NCBI GenBank assembly: GCA_963692865.2
Contig: OY843592.1
Coordinates: 2,624,001-2,688,000 of the forward strand
Source: a bacterium
Lineage (GTDB): Bacteria; UBA8248
Reading direction: 5' to 3'
DNA length: 64,000 nt
Shown here piece by piece: positions 41,286 to 51,491 of this stretch. Position 1 is the stretch's first letter, and each line of letters opens with the position of its first letter. The position numbers were made by a program, and so were the translations under genes. Below the pieces are notes generated by a model. It made no database searches, was not told the origin of the DNA, and worked only from the letters and a program-made list of their open reading frames with translations.

Positions 41286-41706
41286 CGTAGCCGGACAGGC
41301 GCAGGAGCCTGTCCGGCTACGGTGGATGTGGACTGAGGGGAGAAGCCCGACTCCGAGGCGGATCGGCTCCCTTGCGGGGGTCGCATACGGGGTTGTTGAA
41401 AAAGCCGATGCGGTGCAATCCCCCTTCTCGTCCTGCCCAGCCCGCCTCTTCGCCTCACCCTGAGTAGCGGCGAAGCCGCGTATCGAAGGGCCGAAATTCG
41501 CGCCCGCCGGAGAGATGCTCTCCCATCCTTCGATACGGCGCTTACGCGCCTACTCAGGATGAGGGTTCGGGGCCGCTTGCTCGGGATGAGGAGGTCAAGC
41601 GTTCTGCGAAGTCCGATGCCGCGCGGTGGGCCGAGTCCGTTCAGCGACCCCTACACATTCTCCTCGAACAGCGACCGCAGGGAGGGCACAGGGGCCTGTC
41701 CGCTAC
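41286..41706. repeat. REP cluster between convergent znuA1 and znuB
   Basis: gtagccggacaggcgcaggagcctgtccggctac, TIR at 41389, CTGAG doublet 41454-41563. Confidence 0.8.
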
Positions 41707-41737
41707 GCCTCGCTTCGAACGCGGGGTTCCGCGCGGC

Positions 41738-42532
41738 TCACCCCCTGCCTGCGATCATTTCCCAGGAATGACTGAACAGGAACAGCACGGCCGCCGCCAC
41801 AACGATGCAGGGACCCGCGGGCGCGTTCCATTCGACCGACGCCCAAAGACCCGCCCCCACGGAGACGACCCCCGCCAGGACGGCGAGCGCCGCCATCTGC
41901 TCGGGCGTTTTGGCGAACCGCCGCGCCGCCGCCGCCGGTATGATGAGCATCGAGGTGATGAGCAATATGCCTATCAGCTTCATGGCGACGGCGATGATGA
42001 AGGCGATGAGGAGCATGAAGATGAATTTCACGGCGAAGGTCGGAATCCCCTCGGCGCTCGCCAGTTCCTCGTTCACCGTGACGGCGAGAAGGCCCCGCCA
42101 CAGCCACGCGAGCACGGCCAGCGCCGCCGCCCCGCCGAGGTATATCCACCATAAATCGAGCGGGCCGACCGCGAGAATGTCCCCGAACAGATAGCCCATC
42201 AGGTCCACCCGGAGCGTCTCCAGCACGCTGACGGCGATGATGCCCACCGAAAGCGCCGTGTGCGCCAGGATGCCGAGCAGGGTATCGGTGGAGAGTGTTT
42301 TCCGGCTTTGCAGCGCCAGAAGAACGATCGCGAGGCCGATGCATGAGATAAGGATGCCGAGCCTGAGGTCCACTCCGAAGGCGAACCCTATCGCCACGCC
42401 GAGAAGAGCCGTGTGGGACATGGAGTTTCCAAAGTAGGCCATCTTGCGCCAGACGATGAAACAGCCCACGGGGCCCGTCACCAGCGCGACGCCCACCCCG
42501 CCCATGAGCCCCCTGACCATGAAATCCTCCAT
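41738..42532 (-). CDS. znuB: Zinc ABC transporter permease
   Basis: GCFIVWRKMAYFG..SH.ALLG, YLFGDILAV, LIIPAAAAR. Confidence 0.95.
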   Translation of the reverse strand: MEDFMVRGLMGGVGVALVTGPVGCFIVWRKMAYFGNSMSHTALLGVAIGFAFGVDLRLGILISCIGLAIVLLALQSRKTLSTDTLLGILAHTALSVGIIAVSVLETLRVDLMGYLFGDILAVGPLDLWWIYLGGAAALAVLAWLWRGLLAVTVNEELASAEGIPTFAVKFIFMLLIAFIIAVAMKLIGILLITSMLIIPAAAARRFAKTPEQMAALAVLAGVVSVGAGLWASVEWNAPAGPCIVVAAAVLFLFSHSWEMIAGRG

Positions 42533-43317
42533 CAGTCGCCTCCTTGATGGTGGTGGGCTTCCTTGGGTTCGATGGGGAGTATCTCCCCTTCCGGCCCGTG
42601 AACGTGGTCGTATCTGTGCCTGTAAACGGCGAGGCTCTCGGCCGCCTGTTTGCCGAACAGGGCGAGATATTCGGGGTTTTTGCTCACGGCTTCGGGATGC
42701 CCCGTGCAGCAGATATGCCTGTTGAGGCACACCACGCGGTCCGTGAACGCCATGACGAGGTGGAGGTCGTGCGAGATCAGGATGACGCCGCAGCCCCTGT
42801 CGTCCCTGATCTTCGCGATCAGGCGGTACAGTTCGCCCTGCCCGTTGACGTCCACGTTCTGGATGGGCTCGTCGAGAACGAGGAGTTCGGGGTCGCGCAG
42901 CAGGGCGCGGGCGAGGAGAACGCGCTGGCGCTCTCCGCCGGAGAGGCTCTGGACGGGTTGATCCAGCAGGTTTCCCGCGCCCACCTCATCGAGATGCGCC
43001 TCCATCTGCTCGGAAGACGGTTTTTGGGTAAGACAGAGCAGCCTGCGCACGGTGAGCGGAAGCGAAGGGTCCACCTCGAAGGCCTGGGGCAGGTAGCCTA
43101 CGGAGAGGTCCCCGTTCCGGCGAATCTCGCCCGAGTCGGGCTTGAGCAGCCCGAGCAGCATGCGGACCAGCGTGGTCTTGCCCGCGCCGTTGGGGCCGAT
43201 GAGGGTGAGAATTTCGCCCGCCGATATATCGAGGTCGACGTTATCGAGAATCGTCGTCTCGCCGATGCGGAAATTGAGGTTCGCGACGGAAATGAGGGGA
43301 GGCCGCGCGTCATCCAT
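42532..43317 (-). CDS. znuC: Zinc ABC transporter ATP-binding protein
   Basis: GPNGAGKT, LSGGE, LDEP, SHDLHLVM, HICC.GHP. Confidence 0.95.
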   Translation of the reverse strand: MDDARPPLISVANLNFRIGETTILDNVDLDISAGEILTLIGPNGAGKTTLVRMLLGLLKPDSGEIRRNGDLSVGYLPQAFEVDPSLPLTVRRLLCLTQKPSSEQMEAHLDEVGAGNLLDQPVQSLSGGERQRVLLARALLRDPELLVLDEPIQNVDVNGQGELYRLIAKIRDDRGCGVILISHDLHLVMAFTDRVVCLNRHICCTGHPEAVSKNPEYLALFGKQAAESLAVYRHRYDHVHGPEGEILPIEPKEAHHHQGGD

Positions 43318-43798
43318 CGTCGTGGCACTCCATGCACCGGCCGCTGATTTCCATGACGGGCGTCTCCACCAGGAAGCCTGCCTGGGTGGCGCTCGCCTCG
43401 ATGGCCTCGCCGATTTCCTCGCTGTGCGTCTCCGCCACGTTTCCGCAATCACGACAAATGAAGAACAGGGCCTTGTGGGCGTCCGCCGACATCGCGCAGC
43501 CCACGAACGCGTTCATGCTTTCGATGCGGTGGATAAGGCCGTGCTTCAAGAGGAAATCCAGCGCCCGGTAGACCGTGGGCGGAGCGTTTCTGCCTCCGCC
43601 CGCGTTCATGCGCTCAAGCACATCGTACGCGCCCAGAGGCGCATGGCTCTCCCAGACGATTTCCAGAACCCGCCTCCTGTGCGGCGTGAGTCTGGCGCCG
43701 CGCTCACGGCAAAGCGCTTCGGCTTGTTCGAGGGCGCTCTCGATGCAGGCCACGTGGTCGTGATCCCTGCGGAGAAAATGTTTTTCTCTCGATGCCAT
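43310..43798 (-). CDS. zur: Zinc uptake regulator (Fur family)
   Basis: HDH..C, RLTP.RRRVL, PPTVYRALDFL, CxxC twice. Confidence 0.93.
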   Translation of the reverse strand: MASREKHFLRRDHDHVACIESALEQAEALCRERGARLTPHRRRVLEIVWESHAPLGAYDVLERMNAGGGRNAPPTVYRALDFLLKHGLIHRIESMNAFVGCAMSADAHKALFFICRDCGNVAETHSEEIGEAIEASATQAGFLVETPVMEISGRCMECHDDG

Positions 43799-43808
43799 AC
43801 AAAATTCC

Positions 43809-43846
43809 TTGACGGGCAAAATCGAAACGTTATATTATACCAACCC
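43809..43846 (+). promoter_or_regulatory. Divergent zur/znuA2 promoter with Zur box
   Basis: TTGACG; GAAACGTTATATTATACC resembles GAAATGTTATAWTATAACATTTC. Confidence 0.7.
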
Positions 43847-43889
43847 CAAGGGCTGATTCAATCCAACTCAGGCCAAAAGGGCTTAACTC

Positions 43890-45065
43890 ATGAAATATAT
43901 GTCGATCATCCTGGTTCTGACAATGGCGCTGTTTACGGGGTTTGCAGCCCCTGCTTCGGCCGCGCCCCAAGTGGTGGTTTCCATCAAACCGCTTCATTCG
44001 CTGGTATCCGGCGTCATGAAGGGGGTCGGCGAACCCTACCTTCTGATAAGAGGCGCCGCCTCGCCGCATACGTTTTCCCTGAAACCCTCCGACGCCAGAG
44101 AACTCGAGAGGGCGCGCGTGATTTTCTGGGTGGGCGAAGTGCTTGCTCCCGGATTGGAGCGGCCCCTTGAGGTTCTGCCGAAAAAGGCCAAAGTCGTCGC
44201 CCTCGCGGAAATAAAGGGTCTGGAGCTGATTAAGCTCAGGGAAGGCGGCCTGTGGGAAGGGCACGATGATGATCATGGCGAAAAGGATGATCACCACGAA
44301 AAGGAAAAGGGCGAGGCCAAAGGCGAGCATCACGACGAGGGCAAAGAGGCGAAAGCCGGGGACGATGATCACGACAAGGAGAAACGCGGAAAAGCCGAAG
44401 ACGACCATCATGACGAGAAGGAAAAAGCCAAGGCCAAAGAAGAACATCACGATGAAGAAAAGCGCGGAAAAGCCGAAGATGACGATCACGATAAGGAGAA
44501 GGCCGAGGCCAAGGGTGGTCATGGAGATGAGGAGGATCATCACGGCGGCTTCGACGCGCACGTCTGGCTCGACCCCATGAACGCCCGCAAATGGGTGGAC
44601 GCCATCGCCCATGAACTCGAAGAGGTGGATCCTGGGAACAGGAAAAAATACGAGGCGAACGCGCGGAACATGAAGGCCCGCATCGACGGCCTGCACAAGG
44701 AACTCGCGCGCACGCTCGCCCCGGTGAAGGGTACGCCCTACATCGTCTTTCACGATGCGTATCAATATATGGAAAAACGCTACGGACTGACCCCCATCGG
44801 TTCGGTGACGCTCTCGCCCGAGAAAAAGCCGGGTTCGGCGCGCCTCGTGGCGATACGCAAGAAGATCAGGGACACGAAGTCGATCTGCGTGTTCACCGAG
44901 CCGCAGTTCCAGCCCAGACTGGTGAAGGTCATCATGGAGGGAACGGGCGCCGGAACAGGGGTGCTCGACCCCCTGGGAACGGATATTCCCACCGGGGGGA
45001 ATGCGTATTTCACCCTCATGCGCAATATGGCGAAATCGCTCGTGAGGTGTCTTTCGAGGAAATAG
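43890..45065 (+). CDS. znuA: Zinc ABC transporter substrate-binding protein (copy 2) with an extended His/acidic repeat loop
   Basis: Same motifs as copy 1; about 90-aa H/D/E/K loop of ~13-aa repeats. Confidence 0.95.
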   Translation: MKYMSIILVLTMALFTGFAAPASAAPQVVVSIKPLHSLVSGVMKGVGEPYLLIRGAASPHTFSLKPSDARELERARVIFWVGEVLAPGLERPLEVLPKKAKVVALAEIKGLELIKLREGGLWEGHDDDHGEKDDHHEKEKGEAKGEHHDEGKEAKAGDDDHDKEKRGKAEDDHHDEKEKAKAKEEHHDEEKRGKAEDDDHDKEKAEAKGGHGDEEDHHGGFDAHVWLDPMNARKWVDAIAHELEEVDPGNRKKYEANARNMKARIDGLHKELARTLAPVKGTPYIVFHDAYQYMEKRYGLTPIGSVTLSPEKKPGSARLVAIRKKIRDTKSICVFTEPQFQPRLVKVIMEGTGAGTGVLDPLGTDIPTGGNAYFTLMRNMAKSLVRCLSRK

Positions 45066-45226
45066 TTCGGGGCGGCGTTTCCCCGGGGATATGAACGAGC
45101 CTGCCCGGCTCCACGCATATCTTCGGATGCCCGCCCGCCGCGGTCGATAATTTTGGCGGGAACGTATTCCCATCCTCTTTGCTGAAAACTTTCCGCAAAA
45201 TTCTGTATTTGCGCCTGAACAATCTG

Positions 45227-45256
45227 TTGACACTCCCCCCTTTCGTCTAGTAACTT
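45227..45256 (+). promoter_or_regulatory. Possible sigma70 promoter of the permease-SPFH operon
   Basis: TTGACA-N18-TAACTT. Confidence 0.4.
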
Positions 45257-45324
45257 CAAAAAATAACGCGATACGGAATCGGTGTGGTTTCCACGAAATC
45301 TTTCATTGCGAGGGGAATGGCCCA

Positions 45325-48054
45325 TTGGCTGCCGATTTGGCAAGCAGATTCGCCGATTTTTTTTACTTTCTGTGGATGTCGTTCCTGCTGCTCTCGCCCA
45401 TGCTGCTGCTCGGTCTGTTTCTCTCCGGCCTGATCCACGTCTTCATCTCCCGTCAGGCGATTCTCCGGTGGCTTCGCGACGACGGCCTGAAATCGGTGAG
45501 CGTCAGCTCGGCCGTCGGCGTCCCCGTGCCGCTGTGCAGTTGTTCCGTCGTGCCCGTGGTCGCCGAGATGCGCAGAAAAGGAGCTTCCCGCTCGTCTTGC
45601 ATGTCCTTTCTGATAACGGCTCCCGAAACGGGCGCCGATTCGATTCTCGTGACGAACGCCTTCTTCGGATGGATAGCGGCGATAGTCCGCCCCGTCATCA
45701 GTTTCGTCACCGCGGTCGTCGCCGGCGTCTTCTGCATCGGCCTCATAAGAGCGGATGAAGGCGCGGCGAAAGAAGGCGAGCACGATCATGAACACGACCA
45801 CGGGCACGATCACGACCACGCGCATGATCACGGGCATGGCCACGACCACGATCACGGCGCGCACGAACCGCTCGTGCCGGGTTCGGAGGACTGCTACATC
45901 AGTCCTGCCCAACTCAAGCGCGCCCTCATCCGTTGGGTGAAGGGAGTCGCCGTATCGGTGCGAAACTGGAAGGCCGCGTCATGGGTGAAGCCGGACTTCT
46001 ACCAGGAGGAATTGTCCGCCGATGAGGAATCGGGCGAGACCGGCCTCGCCCCTGTGTCCGAGGCGGAGCGCCTGCCGGGTTTCAGGACGATCGTCAGGCA
46101 CATATTCAGCTACGGCTTTGTCGAAATCGCGGACGACATTCTCTTCTCGCTTCTCTTCGGCGTCTTCGTGGGCGGATTGCTCTTTCTGGTGATCCCGAGC
46201 GATCTGATGCAGAACGAATACGCCCGCTGGGCGTCCTACCCGATCATGGTCATCATCGGTATTCCCCTCTATATCTGCGCGTCCGCGAGCACGCCCATCG
46301 CCGCCGCGCTCGTCGCCAAGGGTTTCACTCCCGGGGCTGCGCTGATTTTTCTCATGACGGGCCCGGCGACCAACACGGGAACCATCGCGGTTATCATGAA
46401 CCAGTTCGGCACGCGCTTCGCGTCCATCTACGTCGGCGTCGTCATCGTCGTCACCGTCATTTTCGCCGTCCTGATCGACGCGTTTTTCTTCGCCACCGGT
46501 TTTTCGCTTCCCGTGAACCTCAACGCCTCGGAATCGCCCGCCATCCTGTTCCTGCAATACGGGAGCGCCCTGGTCTTTTTCGTCCTGGTCGTGTGGCGTT
46601 TCCGCGCCGGCGCCTTCCGAACGGGATATGAGGATCTGTTGCAGAACATCCGCTCCATGTCCGAGCCTTCCAGGTACGTGTGGGATCGCCTGACCCGGGG
46701 CCGGTCCATACGAGGCGCTTTCTCCCTGAAAACGCCCATGGGCCTCATTCTCTCGGGCCTGATTCTCCTCGTCTTCCTCGGCACCGGCTTCACGACCGTG
46801 CCTCCAGGCGCCGTCGGCTACGGCCGCCTGTTCGGCAAGATCTACTGGAGAGACTTGCAACCGGGGCTGCACTATCTCGCTCCCTGGCCCTTCGTCGAGG
46901 TGGATAAATGGCCGGTCAGAGAGGTGAAGTCCATCATGTCCGGCGACGTCCACGAGTACGTTTCCGGCGATCTGAATCTGGTCTCCCTCACTGTGAACGT
47001 GCAGTACCGGGTGCAAGACCCCTTCGTCTATCATTATCGGGTAATCGACGCGCCCAAGGTCATTGAGGACAGCGTCAGGGACCACCTGCGCGGCTTCGTA
47101 TCCGCCCGGGGTCTGGAGCAGTTGCTCAACGTCCATCGCAAAACCCTGGAGAAGCACGTCTCCCATTTGTTCGAGCATTTGTCCGCCAAGGCGGATTCGG
47201 GGCATGCGGACGTAGAAGCCTCGGCGTTCGAGAGCGTCGAACTGGTAAAGGTGAATCTGGCGGCCATCCGCCCCGTGGCCGAGACGATAAGCGCGTTCCG
47301 GGAGGTGTCGAGCGCGCAGGAGGACAAGGAGCGGATTATCGTCAACGCGCAGCGGTTCCTCGTGTCGCTGACGCCCCGCGCTTACGGCAATGCCGATTAC
47401 GAGGTGAAACAGGCCGACGGCGAGGCGTACCGTAGAGTGAAAGGCGCCGGGGCGGAAGCCGACGCGATCCGGCGAGTGTCCGGGGCCGTGCGGAGCGCTC
47501 CGGAGGTTCTTGAGAACATGCTGTGGCGCGAGAAGCTCGAAATCGCGCTCTCGCATAACTCCAAGATCATCGTTCCCGACAAGGGAAGTCTGGCCAAGGT
47601 CGCGCTGTGGAAGCGGCGCTCCACGGGAACGAGTCATGGCGCCCACAATCCCGGACGCGGGAGGAACGGCGCCGGCGAGGACGCGGGCCACGAAGGCGGT
47701 GGCGGCGATAACGACAAGAGCGGCGGCCACGGCGGGAACAACGCAGAGAAAGACAAGAGCGAAGCCCACGGCGAATCGGGCGAATCCGGGGGCGGCGCGG
47801 CGCATGGCGAGAACAACGGCGCTCATGGCGAGACGGAAAAATCCGGGAACGCGAGAGCCCACGGCGGGAACAACGCGGAGAAAGACAAGAACGGCGCCCA
47901 CGGCGAATCGGATAAATCACCAAACGATACGGCCCTTGGCGGGAGGAACGGCGCAGACGAGGGACGCGGCGCTCATGGCGCGTCGGCGAGCTCGAACGTC
48001 GCGCGAAATGATTCCATGGCCGGGGCGAACCACAGCGGGAGAGAGAAGAGATGA
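45325..48054 (+). CDS. DUF318/ArsP (SO_0444-like) His-rich permease fused to an HflK-like SPFH domain
   Basis: GVPVPLCSCSVVP, FLITAPETG, PLYICASASTPIAAAL, FLMTGPATN; (HD)n loop; then TM-GFTTVPPG...FGK...PGLHY..PWP...SGDLNLV...VQYRV.DP...AFREVSSAQEDK SPFH/coiled coil; Gly/His tail. Confidence 0.88.
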   Translation: MAADLASRFADFFYFLWMSFLLLSPMLLLGLFLSGLIHVFISRQAILRWLRDDGLKSVSVSSAVGVPVPLCSCSVVPVVAEMRRKGASRSSCMSFLITAPETGADSILVTNAFFGWIAAIVRPVISFVTAVVAGVFCIGLIRADEGAAKEGEHDHEHDHGHDHDHAHDHGHGHDHDHGAHEPLVPGSEDCYISPAQLKRALIRWVKGVAVSVRNWKAASWVKPDFYQEELSADEESGETGLAPVSEAERLPGFRTIVRHIFSYGFVEIADDILFSLLFGVFVGGLLFLVIPSDLMQNEYARWASYPIMVIIGIPLYICASASTPIAAALVAKGFTPGAALIFLMTGPATNTGTIAVIMNQFGTRFASIYVGVVIVVTVIFAVLIDAFFFATGFSLPVNLNASESPAILFLQYGSALVFFVLVVWRFRAGAFRTGYEDLLQNIRSMSEPSRYVWDRLTRGRSIRGAFSLKTPMGLILSGLILLVFLGTGFTTVPPGAVGYGRLFGKIYWRDLQPGLHYLAPWPFVEVDKWPVREVKSIMSGDVHEYVSGDLNLVSLTVNVQYRVQDPFVYHYRVIDAPKVIEDSVRDHLRGFVSARGLEQLLNVHRKTLEKHVSHLFEHLSAKADSGHADVEASAFESVELVKVNLAAIRPVAETISAFREVSSAQEDKERIIVNAQRFLVSLTPRAYGNADYEVKQADGEAYRRVKGAGAEADAIRRVSGAVRSAPEVLENMLWREKLEIALSHNSKIIVPDKGSLAKVALWKRRSTGTSHGAHNPGRGRNGAGEDAGHEGGGGDNDKSGGHGGNNAEKDKSEAHGESGESGGGAAHGENNGAHGETEKSGNARAHGGNNAEKDKNGAHGESDKSPNDTALGGRNGADEGRGAHGASASSNVARNDSMAGANHSGREKR

Positions 48055-48962
48055 CCTTCAGCGCAAAGAGAATCTTCGCGGCCATCGCCGTGGTTGTCCT
48101 GCTCGTCGTAGCCTACGACTGCTTCTACGTCGTCGACGAGACGCAACAAGGGGTACTGACCCACTTCGGCAAGATTTCGCCTCCCGTCAGGCAGCCCGGC
48201 CTCCACGTGAAATGGCCCAGGCCCGTATCCAGGGTCTACAAGGTCGACCGGCGCATTCACGCCATGACGGGCCTCACCCAGGAATTGATCACCGAGGATC
48301 AAAAGAGTGTCCTTATAGACGGATACCTGCTCTGGCGCGTGACGGACCCCATTCTCTTCGTCGAATCGATCCGGACAGGCAAGAGCGCGACGAATCGGCT
48401 CAAGGACCTCTATATGTCGAGCAGCGGCATCATCATCAGCAACAAGGCGCGCGACGCCTTCATCGGGCTGGGACTCGAGCATGAAGATCTGAGCGAGGCG
48501 TCTCAGAAGATTCTGGGCCTCATCGCGCCCGTCGCGAAAAAAAATTACGGCGTCGAGGTAGTGCGCACCGGGATCGTCGAGTACACGCTGCCTGTAGCGA
48601 ACCGGCCGAGCGTGATTCAGCGGATGATCTCCGAGCGCGCCCGCATCGCCGCCCGCTACCGCAGCGAGGGCGAGGAGATGGCGATCCGCATCGAGGCCCG
48701 CGCCATCAACGAGCACGAGAAACTCCTCGCCGATGCCCACGCCCAGGCGACGACCATTCTGGGCAAGGCGGAAGCCCAGGCGATGGCGCTGCTCGGCGAG
48801 GCGTACAAAGCGGACCCGGAGTTCTACAAGTTCATCCGCGCCCTCGACAGCTATGATCTCATAATCAACCGGAACACAACCCTCATGCTGCCGGCGGACA
48901 ACGAACTGTTCAAATATCTCGACAGCAAGGAAATACCCCGCCGGGACGGGGCTGGCCGATGA
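48051..48962 (+). CDS. HflC-like SPFH protein
   Basis: YVVDETQQGV..FGK, PGLH.K.P, RMISER.RIA..YRSEGEE, AYKADPEFY.FIRALDSY. Confidence 0.92.
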   Translation: MTFSAKRIFAAIAVVVLLVVAYDCFYVVDETQQGVLTHFGKISPPVRQPGLHVKWPRPVSRVYKVDRRIHAMTGLTQELITEDQKSVLIDGYLLWRVTDPILFVESIRTGKSATNRLKDLYMSSSGIIISNKARDAFIGLGLEHEDLSEASQKILGLIAPVAKKNYGVEVVRTGIVEYTLPVANRPSVIQRMISERARIAARYRSEGEEMAIRIEARAINEHEKLLADAHAQATTILGKAEAQAMALLGEAYKADPEFYKFIRALDSYDLIINRNTTLMLPADNELFKYLDSKEIPRRDGAGR

Positions 48963-50284
48963 ACGAAGGACAATCAACGCCTCCAAGCGCGCGAATCATA
49001 TACGCCGTATTCGACTTTTTCGGGCGTCAATACAGGAAGGTTATCGCCGGCCTCATCATCGTCTGCGTGCTCGCTTTTCTGGCGAACGGCTTCTACGTCG
49101 TCCAGAAAGAAGAACAAGCCGTGCGCACCCGCTTCGGGAAGGTGGTCGACGCCGAAGTCGGCCCGGGGCTGGGCTACGCCGTCCCGCTCATCGAGCGGGC
49201 GCACGTTCGCAAGGTCAAGGAGATCGTCGGATACCAGATCGGGAGCAGGAGCGGCGCCACGATCAACTTCACGATACTCTCCGGCGACCTGAACCTCCTC
49301 GATACGGACGTGGCCGTTCAATACAAGATCAAGAACCTGCGCTCCTACCTCTTCGCGGCCTCCGACCCCCGCAAGATGCTCACCATGCTCGTTCGCGAGG
49401 GGCTGGTCAAGATTCTGGGGGAGAACTTCATCGACCTGATCTTCACCTCGAACCGCGACGTCATTCAGAAACAATTGGCCGGCCTGGTGAACAAGCGCCT
49501 CGAATCGCTGGGCGTCGGGATCGAGCTCGTCACGCTGAACATCGTCGAGGTGCGCTCGATTCCCGAAACCCTCCAGGCCTTCCGGGACGTCAACGACGCC
49601 TTCGCGGAGCGTGAGCAGGTCGTGAGCCGGGCGAACAGCCAGAGGGAAATGCTGCTCGCCCGCAGCAAGGGCCAGGCCGACGCGCTGATCATGAACGCGA
49701 AGGCGAACGCCCGCGAACGCCTCGTTCAGGCGCGAGGCAGCGTCCGCGCCTTCAAGGCGCTGCTGGCCGAGTACAGGAAAAATCCGAACCAGGTGGCCAT
49801 CACCCGGTATTGGCAGCGTATGCGCGCCATCTTCACCGAGGCGAGTCTGGCGATGGTGAATCCGGGCAAGGACTCGACCATCGACATCAACATGCTCGAA
49901 GGCGCGCCGGGATTCACTCCTGCGGGAGCAGGCGGCCACGGCGTGGCGGATTTGGTGACGCGAATGCCGCATACGGCGGGCGATGCCGATGGACGCCTGA
50001 GCAGGGCGACCATGCCGCCCTACATCCACAGGCTCGAAACCACCCGGCGGGACGACCCGCTCAGAGAAGGCCGTTTCCACAAACGGCGCACGGAGCGCGA
50101 CCATGCGCGGGTGGCCAGTCCACGCTCGCTGATCTTCGATACGCCTTCCATATTCTCCCATCGCCACGGCGCGCCCGGCCGCAAGAGGATCGGAAACCGG
50201 GCGGACCAGAGGCCGATGACGGAGAAAATGCTGGGCGCGGGCGGGAACAACCATGGGCGCGAGACGGGGAAAAAGGATGATTAG
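48959..50284 (+). CDS. HflK-like SPFH protein
   Basis: GFYVV..EEQAV..RFGK, LSGDLNL, VQYKI, AFRDV..A, F..LLAEYRKNP. Confidence 0.9.
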   Translation: MNEGQSTPPSARIIYAVFDFFGRQYRKVIAGLIIVCVLAFLANGFYVVQKEEQAVRTRFGKVVDAEVGPGLGYAVPLIERAHVRKVKEIVGYQIGSRSGATINFTILSGDLNLLDTDVAVQYKIKNLRSYLFAASDPRKMLTMLVREGLVKILGENFIDLIFTSNRDVIQKQLAGLVNKRLESLGVGIELVTLNIVEVRSIPETLQAFRDVNDAFAEREQVVSRANSQREMLLARSKGQADALIMNAKANARERLVQARGSVRAFKALLAEYRKNPNQVAITRYWQRMRAIFTEASLAMVNPGKDSTIDINMLEGAPGFTPAGAGGHGVADLVTRMPHTAGDADGRLSRATMPPYIHRLETTRRDDPLREGRFHKRRTERDHARVASPRSLIFDTPSIFSHRHGAPGRKRIGNRADQRPMTEKMLGAGGNNHGRETGKKDD

Positions 50285-51491
50285 ACGACTGCCCGGCAGA
50301 CTTCGCGCGGCTCTCTTTCCGGCCTTGGCGCTCTTGCTGGTCCCGTCGCTTTCGGCGGCGGCGCCCGGCGTGAGCGCGGATGCGGTCGTTTTCGGCCAGA
50401 CCGTCGGCATCTCGGGGCCGGCCAGGAGCGCGGGGCTCCTCTTTCAGGAGGGCATCTTCGCGGCGCTGGAAGAACGCAACGCGCGGGGGGGCGTAGGCGG
50501 CAGGACGTTGAGGCTGATCTCGATCGACGACGGATACGAGCCCCAAAGAGCCGCGGAGAACGCGAAGAAATTCGCCGCGGAAAACAAGGTGCTCGCCTTG
50601 ATCGGCGGAACGGGAACGCCGACGACGAAACGCGCCGCGCCGGTGCTGCGAGAGGCCGGGATCCCTCTGGTGGGCGTCCTCAGCGGCGCCGACTTTCTGC
50701 GGGATGCCAGGCGGTATCCGAACCTCGTCCACCTGCGGGCGAGCTATTCCCAGGAGGTCCGCGCTCTCGTGGATCACATCGTTCGCAAACGCGGCAAGAA
50801 ACGCTTCGGCATCATCTACCAGGACGACGCTTTCGGACGTTCCATATTGAAGAGCTACCGGGAGGCGCTGGCCGCGCACAAACTCCGCGTCCGGGCGAAA
50901 GCGAGTTTTTCGCGCAATACGCATGCCGTTCACGCGGGCCTGTTCGTCCTTCAAAAGGCCGATCTCGACGTCTTGATGATCGGCGGAACAAACGAGGTAA
51001 GCGCCGAGATCATCAATCTCGTGAACGACCTGGGCCACGATTACGTCATGGCCACGTTGTCCATCTCCCTGTCCCATAAACTGAGAATGAGCATCGAAGC
51101 GCGGAGTGACAAAATCCTGCTGAGCGAAGTGCTGCCGGACGCGCACGACACGAGCAGCAAAATCGTCAGAAGTTATCAGCGCGCCATGCTTGACCGAGCG
51201 GCGAAAAAGGGGAGCGGGGAGTCCGCCCGGCCCGAATTCACCCAGTTGTCCCTGGAGGGCTACATTCTCGGCCGCTTCGTCATCGCCGTCCTCGAGCGCA
51301 CGGGCGAGAATGTAACAAGGGAGCGGTTCCTGCAACAGGCGCTGGCCTCCGGGGTTACGCTCATCGACGACTGGGCGGTCGAATTCAAGCCCGGAGCGAA
51401 CACCGGCTCGAAGTACGTCAAGGTGATCAACTTCAACAAGGATAGCCACGACTTCACGAAAGGAGACGGCGGCCTTGAAAAAGGTAGATGA
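50277..51491 (+). CDS. Periplasmic binding protein, type 1 (LivJ/Leu-Ile-Val-like)
   Basis: Signal peptide, FGQT..ISGP, GGVGGR, DDGYEP, GTPT, RASY..E, YQDDAFG. Confidence 0.88.
   Translation: MIRRLPGRLRAALFPALALLLVPSLSAAAPGVSADAVVFGQTVGISGPARSAGLLFQEGIFAALEERNARGGVGGRTLRLISIDDGYEPQRAAENAKKFAAENKVLALIGGTGTPTTKRAAPVLREAGIPLVGVLSGADFLRDARRYPNLVHLRASYSQEVRALVDHIVRKRGKKRFGIIYQDDAFGRSILKSYREALAAHKLRVRAKASFSRNTHAVHAGLFVLQKADLDVLMIGGTNEVSAEIINLVNDLGHDYVMATLSISLSHKLRMSIEARSDKILLSEVLPDAHDTSSKIVRSYQRAMLDRAAKKGSGESARPEFTQLSLEGYILGRFVIAVLERTGENVTRERFLQQALASGVTLIDDWAVEFKPGANTGSKYVKVINFNKDSHDFTKGDGGLEKGR

Noticed and set aside
45979-47901. 640-aa antisense ORF, and similar long ones at 3814-5217, 37899-39173, 43830-45233, 48974-50410 and 50061-51500
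   Set aside because: Shadows of well-supported genes on the opposite strand in high-GC DNA; no recognisable motifs
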